Below are positions 57,255 to 64,000 of a DNA stretch of 64,000 bases, in pieces. The notes under the pieces are model-generated. The model worked only from the letters and a program-made list of their open reading frames with translations. It was not told the DNA's origin and searched no databases. Every line of letters starts with the position of its first letter. Position 1 is the stretch's first letter. Source of the stretch: Bacteroidales bacterium. GTDB taxonomy: Bacteria > Bacteroidota > Bacteroidia > Bacteroidales > UBA7960. The position numbers and the translations under genes were made by a program. Location of the stretch: contig JAWLDT010000001.1 in NCBI GenBank assembly GCA_041686485.1, forward strand, positions 5,554-69,553, read 5' to 3'.

Positions 57255-58328
57255 ATGAAAAAACATAATTTTAGCGCCGGACCATCTATTTTAGCTGATG
57301 AAGTAATTGAAAACACCGCCAGGGCGGTTCAGGATTTAAACGGTATCGGATTATCTGTGATGGAAATCTCCCATCGTAGCAAGGATTTTCAGGCCATTAT
57401 TGATGAGGCCGTTGCCCTGTTCAGGGAACTTTTGAATATCCCTGAGAACTATCATGTGCTTTTCCTGGGCGGTGGTGCCAGTATGCAGTTTTGTATGGTG
57501 CCCTTTAACCTGCTGAACAAAAAAGCGGCTTATCTTGACACAGGCTCCTGGGCTTCAAAGGCCGTTAAAGAAGCCAAGGGTTTTGGTGAGGTAGATGTCG
57601 TTGCTTCTTCAAAAGATAAAAACTACAACTACATCCCTAAAGACTTCACCATCCCCAAAGACGCTGATTATTTCCACATCACAACCAATAACACCATCTT
57701 TGGAACGGAAATAAAAGAGGATTATGACAGCCCGGTACCCATGGTTGCTGACATGAGCTCGGATATTTTCAGCCGTCCGGTAGATATTTCCAAATATGGA
57801 ATCATTTATGGCGGTGCCCAGAAAAACCTTGGACCTGCTGGTGTAACCTTTGTGATCATCCGTGACGACATCCTTGGTAAAGTAGACAGGCAGATACCTA
57901 CCATGCTGGATTATAACACCCATATAGAAAAAGGGTCTATGTTTAATACCCCGCCCTGCCTTCCTATTTATACCTGTCTGGAAACACTTCGCTGGCTGAA
58001 GAAACTTGGTGGTGTGAAAACCATGCAAAAGATCAACCATGAAAAGGCCGATATGCTTTATGATGAGATTGAACGCAACGTTCTGTTTATGGGAACCACC
58101 GAAAAAGACAGCCGTTCAATCATGAATGTTTGTTTCGTTATGCAGCCTGATTATCAGGATTTGGAAAAAGAATTTCTGGAGTTTGCAATCGCGAGAGGTA
58201 TGGTCGGCATCAAGGGTCACCGGTCAGTCGGTGGCTTCAGGGCGTCCATTTATAATGCCATGCCAAAAGAGAGTGTAGAAGCACTTATTGAAACCATGCA
58301 GGAGTTTGAAAAAAAGCATGTAAAATAA
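57255..58328 (+). CDS. serC: Phosphoserine aminotransferase
   Basis: ATG 57255 ([17 protein letters not shown]), with SHRS and PLP-lysine [10 protein letters not shown] motifs. The ORF-track start 57159 is an upstream extension. Confidence 0.93.
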   Translation: MKKHNFSAGPSILADEVIENTARAVQDLNGIGLSVMEISHRSKDFQAIIDEAVALFRELLNIPENYHVLFLGGGASMQFCMVPFNLLNKKAAYLDTGSWASKAVKEAKGFGEVDVVASSKDKNYNYIPKDFTIPKDADYFHITTNNTIFGTEIKEDYDSPVPMVADMSSDIFSRPVDISKYGIIYGGAQKNLGPAGVTFVIIRDDILGKVDRQIPTMLDYNTHIEKGSMFNTPPCLPIYTCLETLRWLKKLGGVKTMQKINHEKADMLYDEIERNVLFMGTTEKDSRSIMNVCFVMQPDYQDLEKEFLEFAIARGMVGIKGHRSVGGFRASIYNAMPKESVEALIETMQEFEKKHVK

Positions 58329-58415
58329 ACCTGACTTTGGTATGATTACATTCCATACCCTGCCGTGCAAGACAGGTTGGGTAAGACTTTTTATAAACCT
58401 CAAAAACGAATAGAT

Positions 58416-59339
58416 ATGAAAAAAGTTCTGGTAGCTACCGAAAAGCCTTTTGCACCCGCTGCCGTCGACGGAGTCAGGGAAGTCCTTGATAAAGCGGGTT
58501 ATGAGTTGGTCTTATTGGAAAAATATGAATCGCCGGAGGAGTGGAAAACGGCGGCAGCTGATGTTGATGCCATGATTATCCGTAGTGATAAGGCTACAGC
58601 CGACATTATTGATGCGGCCGGTAATCTGAAGGTCATCGTAAGGGCCGGTGCCGGTTACGATAATGTTGACCTCGATGCCTGTACAAGAAAAGGGGTGGTC
58701 GCCATGAATACGCCCGGGCAAAACTCCAATGCCGTGGCAGAACTCGCCTTTGGCCTGATGCTGTATCACCTTCGCAACGGCTTCAATGGAAAATCAGGGA
58801 ATGAGCTGAGAGGTAAAAAGCTCGGCATTCACGCCTATGGCAATGTAGGCAAATTTGTGGCCACCATTGCTAAAGGTTTTGGGATGGAAATCTGTGCCTT
58901 TGACCCATTTGTCGACAATGCGGAGATTGAAAAAGACGGTATAAAAGCCATTGACACCGCCGAAGAACTTTATAAAACCTGTCAATTTGTGTCGCTGAAC
59001 ATCCCGGCGAATGACAAAACCAAACAATCAATCGGTTATTCGCTGCTCTCATTAATGCCGGCGAATGGGACCCTTGTGAATACCGCCAGGAAAGAGGTTA
59101 TCGATGAAGCCGGCCTGTTGAAGATCATGGAAGAACGTGAGGACTTTCATTACCTCTCAGATGTGGCACCCGACTGCCGTGAAGAGATCGAAAACAAGTA
59201 CCCCGGCCGTTTTGTGTTTACCGCCAAAAAGATGGGCGCACAAACTGCCGAAGCCAATATCAAGGCTGGTATAGCAGCTGCCACACAGATTGTCAACTAT
59301 CTGGAAAAAGGTGATACGACATTTCAGGTCAATAAATAA
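58416..59339 (+). CDS. serA: D-3-phosphoglycerate dehydrogenase (short form)
   Basis: ATG 58416 (MKKVLVATEKPF), NAD motif GIHAYGNVGKFV and GAGYDNVD. It lies adjacent to serC. Confidence 0.85.
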   Translation: MKKVLVATEKPFAPAAVDGVREVLDKAGYELVLLEKYESPEEWKTAAADVDAMIIRSDKATADIIDAAGNLKVIVRAGAGYDNVDLDACTRKGVVAMNTPGQNSNAVAELAFGLMLYHLRNGFNGKSGNELRGKKLGIHAYGNVGKFVATIAKGFGMEICAFDPFVDNAEIEKDGIKAIDTAEELYKTCQFVSLNIPANDKTKQSIGYSLLSLMPANGTLVNTARKEVIDEAGLLKIMEEREDFHYLSDVAPDCREEIENKYPGRFVFTAKKMGAQTAEANIKAGIAAATQIVNYLEKGDTTFQVNK

Positions 59340-59492
59340 GCTGTTGCTTCCGGGATGTGTTTTACAGAACAAACGCTCATGACAGAATGGATGACCTTTC
59401 TGACTGGTGCCCTTTACGTCAAATCATGAGCCAGTTTGTAAAACAGTGTATAATGAAGATTATAGCAGATATTAACAAATAAAACTTAGAAT

Positions 59493-60737
59493 ATGGCCAC
59501 ATTAAAACCGTTCAGAGGATACCGCCCCCCGAAAGAGATCGTAAAGCAGCTGGCTTCCCGTCCCTATGATGTATTGAATTCAGAGGAAGCCAGGAAAGAG
59601 GCTGGAGACAACCCTTATAGCTTTTTACGTGTGGTGAAGCCCGAGGTGGAACTTCCTGAAGACATAGACCTGTATAGCCAGGCAGTGTATGATAAAGCGA
59701 AGGAGAACTTCCAAAAGTTTATTGACAAAGGGTATCTTGTTCGCGACGAGACGCCCAGGTATTATGTATATGCCCAGAGCTGGGGTAAAAAGGTGCAATA
59801 TGGAATTGTTGGTTGTGCCGGCGTTGAGGATTATCTGAACGATGTCATCAAAAAGCATGAGCTTACCCGTCCCGACAAAGAAGAGGATCGCATGAAGCAT
59901 GTGCGGGTTACCAATGCGAATGCTGAGCCGGTATTCTTCACCTATTCCAGGAAAGAGGCGATTGACGATATTGTTTCCCGGGTAGTGAAAGCCCCGGCCG
60001 AATATGATTTTACGGCCGATGATGGCTTTGGCCATCATTTCTGGGTGATCAATGATGATGCGCTGATTGGGAAGCTGGAAAAGCTTTTTGCGGAGGTTCC
60101 CGGCTTTTATGTGGCTGACGGTCATCATCGCACTGCCGCAGCTGCCCTGGTTGGGAAAGAAAAGAAAGAACAGAACCCTTCCCATACCGGTGATGAGCCC
60201 TACAACTTTTTTATGGCAGTCCTGTTTCCCGATAATCAGCTAAGCATCATCGATTATAACCGGGTAGTAAAAGACCTTAATGGTATGAGTAGCAAGGCCT
60301 TCCTGGAGAGACTCCGGAAAGACTTTGATGTGGAAAAGAAAGGGAAGGAACCCTATAAGCCCGATGACCTTCATATCATGAGTATGTACCTCGACGGTGA
60401 ATGGTACAAGCTGAAAGCAAAGCCTCATACCTATGATGATAATGACCCCATAGGCGTGCTTGATGTTACCATACTTTCTTCGACTGTGCTGGACCCCATT
60501 TTGGGAATTAAAAACCTGCGCACCGATAAGCGAATAGATTTTGTCGGAGGGATTCGTGGGCTGAAAGAACTGGAACGCCGCGTTGATAGCGGTGAAATGA
60601 AGCTAGCTTTTGCGCTGTACCCGGTAACCATGAAGCAATTAATGGATATTGCCGACACCGGGAATATCATGCCGCCTAAAACCACCTGGTTCGAACCAAA
60701 ATTGCGTAGTGGCCTGGTAGTAAATGTTCTTGATTAA
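59493..60737 (+). CDS. DUF1015-family protein
   Basis: 414 aa. The N-terminus MATLKPFRGYRPPKEIVKQLASRPYDVLNSEEAR...NPYSFLRV is typical of DUF1015. Confidence 0.75.
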   Translation: MATLKPFRGYRPPKEIVKQLASRPYDVLNSEEARKEAGDNPYSFLRVVKPEVELPEDIDLYSQAVYDKAKENFQKFIDKGYLVRDETPRYYVYAQSWGKKVQYGIVGCAGVEDYLNDVIKKHELTRPDKEEDRMKHVRVTNANAEPVFFTYSRKEAIDDIVSRVVKAPAEYDFTADDGFGHHFWVINDDALIGKLEKLFAEVPGFYVADGHHRTAAAALVGKEKKEQNPSHTGDEPYNFFMAVLFPDNQLSIIDYNRVVKDLNGMSSKAFLERLRKDFDVEKKGKEPYKPDDLHIMSMYLDGEWYKLKAKPHTYDDNDPIGVLDVTILSSTVLDPILGIKNLRTDKRIDFVGGIRGLKELERRVDSGEMKLAFALYPVTMKQLMDIADTGNIMPPKTTWFEPKLRSGLVVNVLD

Positions 60738-60899
60738 ATGTTGTCCTGGAAGAAACGTATTTTCTCGTAATATTTTCTTAGATTTTTTGAATTTCATGAA
60801 ATTTATTATCTTTGCAGGCCAAAAATAAGTGATTCAACAAAAGTAATAGCCGTTTACCGAAAAGGCCACGGCGGTTCAACATCTAAAACAAACGTTCTG

Positions 60900-61163
60900 A
60901 TGAAGAAAGATATCCATCCAAAAAACTATCGCTTTGTCGTTTTTAAAGACATGTCAAACGACTATAGCTTTTTGACGCGGTCAACAGCCACCAGTAAAGA
61001 AACCATCAAATGGGAAGACGGTAACGAGTATCCCCTGGTGAAACTGGAGATCTCTCACACGTCTCATCCTTTTTATACCGGTAAGCAACAGCTTGTTGAT
61101 ACTGCAGGAAGGGTGGATAAGTTCAGGTCGAAGTATAAGAAACACCTGGATAAAAAGAAGTAG
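60900..61163 (+). CDS. rpmE2: 50S ribosomal protein L31, type B (no zinc-ribbon cysteines)
   Basis: 87 aa: [10 protein letters not shown]...HPFYTGKQ, with no CxxC pairs. Confidence 0.93.
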   Translation: MKKDIHPKNYRFVVFKDMSNDYSFLTRSTATSKETIKWEDGNEYPLVKLEISHTSHPFYTGKQQLVDTAGRVDKFRSKYKKHLDKKK

Positions 61164-61187
61164 ACCGTTTCGTTTTCAGTATTTTAC

Positions 61188-61213
61188 AAAAGCCCTTTAG
61201 CGAGGGCTTTTTT
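61188..61213 (+). terminator. Intrinsic terminator after rpmE2
   Basis: aaagccct-ttagcg-agggcttt followed by a T-run. Confidence 0.8.
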
Positions 61214-61231
61214 GTTGACATACAGAAAGAC

Positions 61232-61273
61232 AAAGTCCCGCTTAAAACCAATTATTGTAAGCGGGACTTTTTT
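61232..61273. terminator. 13-bp-stem hairpin shared by the convergent rpmE2 and sugar transporter genes
   Basis: AAAGTCCCGCTTA / TAAGCGGGACTTT with a 13-nt loop. TTTTTT follows on the plus strand and TTTGTCTTTCT on the minus strand. It lies 30 nt past the transporter stop. Confidence 0.75.
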
Positions 61274-61302
61274 GCCTATAGAAACAATTTCTTCTTTTAT
61301 CC

Positions 61303-62730
61303 CTATTCCTGATCGTGTGAAATTTGTTCCAGTGTTTTCCCTTTGGTTTCGGTTACAAATTTTCTTACGAAGAAGAAAGCCAAAATGCCAAACGCCGCAT
61401 AAATACCATAAGAAAAGCCCAGTCCGATGTAGGTTAGTAAAATGGGGAAGGTAATGGTGATCAGGAAATTTGACAACCATTGGACGAGTCCGGCCAGGGA
61501 TAGCGCCGCACCTCTGAATTTGTTTGAAAACATTTCACCCAGCATGACCCACATGATAGGTCCCCAGGTGAACGCAAAAAAGGCGATGTACGCATTGGCT
61601 GCAAGCAACGCCAGAATGCCACTGGTTCCGCCCATTTCAATGCCCTGAGCTGCATCTTCCGCACCAAGGGCAAAGACAATAGCCAGCAAAGCCAGCATGA
61701 CGGCCTGCCCAATGGCGCCAGTCATCAGAAGTGGTTTACGGCCCACTTTCTCGACCAGATAAATGGCCAAAAAGGTGAAAGCAATATTCACACTACCGGA
61801 TATTACATTTGTCAGAAGCGCATCCGCTTCTGTAAAACCGGCAGCCTGCCATAACACTGAACCATAATAGAACACCACATTGATACCGGTAAATTGCTGC
61901 AGGGCAGCGATCCCGATACCTACCCATACTATAGGATGAACTTTTTTTGTTTTTTGATTGATTATATCCGATAAACGTGGCTTGCGTTCTCTTAAAACGG
62001 TTGTTTTAATTTCTTCTACCTGTCTTTTGGCTATTTCAAAGTTGGTAATACTGGCAAGCACTTTGGTGGCTTTGTCGGGCTTGTTGTCAGCCACCAGGTA
62101 GCGTGGTGATTCGGGGATAAACCATAGACAGGAGAAAAACACAAATGCGGGGATGAGTTCCATCCAGAACATCCATCGCCAGGTGCCAAATCCCCACCAA
62201 AGCGTTTCAGAAGCGCCACCGGAGATGAGTGCAAGGTTATAGTTGCTGAAAAAAGCTGTAAACAGGCCAATGACTATCGCCAGTTGCTGTAATGAAATCA
62301 GGCGCCCTCTTATGTTTGCCGGGGCAATTTCGCCTATGTAAGCCGGTGAAATAACACTGGCAGCACCTACAGCCAACCCACCCAATATCCGAAAAAACAC
62401 AAATTGCGTGGAATTATCTGCAATCCCCGACCCCCATGCGCTTATGATAAAAGCAGTTGCGGTGACAAGCAGTACATATTTGCGGCCAAATTTATCGGTA
62501 AGGCTGCCGGCAAAAAAGGCTCCTGCCGCACACCCCAATAACATGGAAGCCACATTAAAGCCTGTTGCGACAGCATCAGAATCAAATGATTCCTGCAAGG
62601 CATTAACAGCGCCATTGATCACGCCACTGTCAAATCCAAACAAGAAACCACCTAAGGCTGCTACTATTGAGAGGAGTAATACACGTCCCACATTACTTTC
62701 ACGTTCTAAAGAATTATCTGAACCTTCCAT
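61303..62730 (-). CDS. MFS sugar porter (XylE/GalP-like sugar:H+ symporter)
   Basis: 475 aa with sugar-porter signatures GRKYVLL, PESPRYL and ETKGKTLEQI. Confidence 0.9.
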   Translation of the reverse strand: MEGSDNSLERESNVGRVLLLSIVAALGGFLFGFDSGVINGAVNALQESFDSDAVATGFNVASMLLGCAAGAFFAGSLTDKFGRKYVLLVTATAFIISAWGSGIADNSTQFVFFRILGGLAVGAASVISPAYIGEIAPANIRGRLISLQQLAIVIGLFTAFFSNYNLALISGGASETLWWGFGTWRWMFWMELIPAFVFFSCLWFIPESPRYLVADNKPDKATKVLASITNFEIAKRQVEEIKTTVLRERKPRLSDIINQKTKKVHPIVWVGIGIAALQQFTGINVVFYYGSVLWQAAGFTEADALLTNVISGSVNIAFTFLAIYLVEKVGRKPLLMTGAIGQAVMLALLAIVFALGAEDAAQGIEMGGTSGILALLAANAYIAFFAFTWGPIMWVMLGEMFSNKFRGAALSLAGLVQWLSNFLITITFPILLTYIGLGFSYGIYAAFGILAFFFVRKFVTETKGKTLEQISHDQE

Positions 62731-62940
62731 TGCGTGTGTGTTTTTGAGGATGACGATACAACATTTATTTTAAAAATGTAAAGATAAGATTATTTATTTT
62801 TTGTAAAAATACAGATAAAAAGCTTGATGTTTTTTTTCATATTACTTTTGAGAAATGATTATTTGGTAATGTAAGCCACATCCTTCCATAAAAATGTATG
62901 TTTATTGGTCTAATATAAAGTTTGTTGTATATTTATTTAT

Positions 62941-64000
62941 ATGAAACACTATCGCAAACTATCAAAAGAGGAGCAAAAGCAGCTGCAAAAGCAGGGTTGT
63001 ACCTCCGACAACTGGGACGAAATACATGTTGATCCTTCTTTTCGTCCCGACAATATTATCACCTGTTGTTTTTCCGGAACCAATTATTTGGGTTTGTATA
63101 CAGATGCTGTTGAATATCCGGGGGGAGTAAAAAAAACGGCCGGGCTTTATAATGCCCATTTTCATAACTGCGTTATCGGGGATCAGGTTGTCATCAGTAA
63201 TGTCATGAATTATGTGGCGAATTATCGTATCAGCAACCATGTGGTCGTCGAAAATGTTGATCTGATCATGTTGGATGGGGCTACGGCCTTTGGAAATGGT
63301 ACGATGGTGAATGTGCTGGATGAAACAGGTGGTCGCCGGCTGATGATTTATGACAGGTTATCTGCCCATCTGGCGTACATCATGGTACTCTACCGGCACC
63401 GGAAACATTTGCTGCCATCCATTGAGCGAATGATCAATGACTATGTTGCTAAGAATACTTCCGAACAAGGGTTCATCGGAGCCCATACATGGATTATGAA
63501 TTCCGGACGGATAATCAATGTCCGGATTGGTGAACAAGCCCGGATAAATGGGGCTTCTCGTTTATATGAAGGCAGCATTAACAGCCACATCTCTGATCCG
63601 GTGAAAATTGGTGACAATGTGGTTGCCGATCATTTTATTATCTCCTCCGGATCGGAGGTGTCCAGCCATACCATCATTGACAATTGTTTTATTGGTCAGG
63701 GTTGCCGGCTTCTTAAGCATTATTCAGCAACCCATTCTGTTTTCTTTGCCAACGCTGAAGGTTTTGGCGGGGAAGCATGTTCAATATTTGCAGGTCCTTT
63801 CACGATCACCCATCATAAGTCTACTTTGTTGATCGGCGGGATGTTTTCTTTTGCGAATGCCGGCAGTGGCTCCAATCAAAGCAATCACATGTACAAATTA
63901 GGCCCTGTGCATCATGGGTTGGTTGAGAGAGGCTCCAGGACAACAAGCGAATCTTACCTGTTATGGCCAGCCAAAATCGGTGCCTTTACCCTTATTATGG
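62941..64000 (+). CDS. DUF4954-like protein, N-terminal 353 codons; 3' end lies outside the window
   Basis: It is not in the ORF track because it has no stop codon in the window. My line-by-line translation from ATG 62941 is stop-free to 64000 (MKHYRKLSKEEQKQLQKQGCTSDNWDEIHV...HHKSTLLIGG...NQSNHMYKLGPVHHG). The family name is from recollection. Confidence 0.8.
   Translation, partial: MKHYRKLSKEEQKQLQKQGCTSDNWDEIHVDPSFRPDNIITCCFSGTNYLGLYTDAVEYPGGVKKTAGLYNAHFHNCVIGDQVVISNVMNYVANYRISNHVVVENVDLIMLDGATAFGNGTMVNVLDETGGRRLMIYDRLSAHLAYIMVLYRHRKHLLPSIERMINDYVAKNTSEQGFIGAHTWIMNSGRIINVRIGEQARINGASRLYEGSINSHISDPVKIGDNVVADHFIISSGSEVSSHTIIDNCFIGQGCRLLKHYSATHSVFFANAEGFGGEACSIFAGPFTITHHKSTLLIGGMFSFANAGSGSNQSNHMYKLGPVHHGLVERGSRTTSESYLLWPAKIGAFTLIM

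Overview
This window is a 64-kb stretch of a Bacteroidota chromosome. Supporting marks are a T9SS C-terminal sorting domain, TAnnTTTG -7 promoter boxes, a Rho with a long disordered N-terminal insert, and DUF4293/DUF4954-type families. I call about 49 protein genes and one initiator-type tRNA-Met. Most are housekeeping: uvrA (3' part), uvrC, purD, purQ, rnhB, tex, der, era, rho, serC-serA, rpmE2, arginine deiminase pathway genes (arcA; arcC-argF), a CopA-type ATPase and several transporters. One long gene at 62941..64000 (DUF4954-like) runs off the window end and is absent from the ORF track. I saw no rRNA, CRISPR array, integrase, transposase or prophage genes, so I cannot claim a clear novel multi-gene system. 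Eight things stand out. (1) A 23-codon leader ORF carrying W-A-W-W sits upstream of a stand-alone TrpB2-type gene and is an attenuator candidate. (2) A family of strand-asymmetric intergenic islands is built from 7-, 8- and 9-bp tandem arrays, CCCGAAGGG hairpins and shared ACGAAG / AAGCTGGAAGCTCGRAGC words; the largest (about 356 bp) ends 4 nt from the rho stop codon. (3) An uncharacterized radical-SAM/DUF4130 DNA-metabolism pair lies directly upstream of uvrC. (4) A His/Cys-rich small membrane protein precedes a TonB-dependent receptor. (5) A T9SS-secreted PAD/agmatine-deiminase-fold enzyme is divergent from arcC-argF. (6) A BlaI/BlaR1-type pair has two clear operator dyads and an atypical Met/Glu-rich sensor domain. 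(7) An exported Pcm is coupled to a membrane spermidine-synthase-like protein. (8) A transporter-GNAT-racemase operon. All family names come from motif recognition by eye, not from searches.
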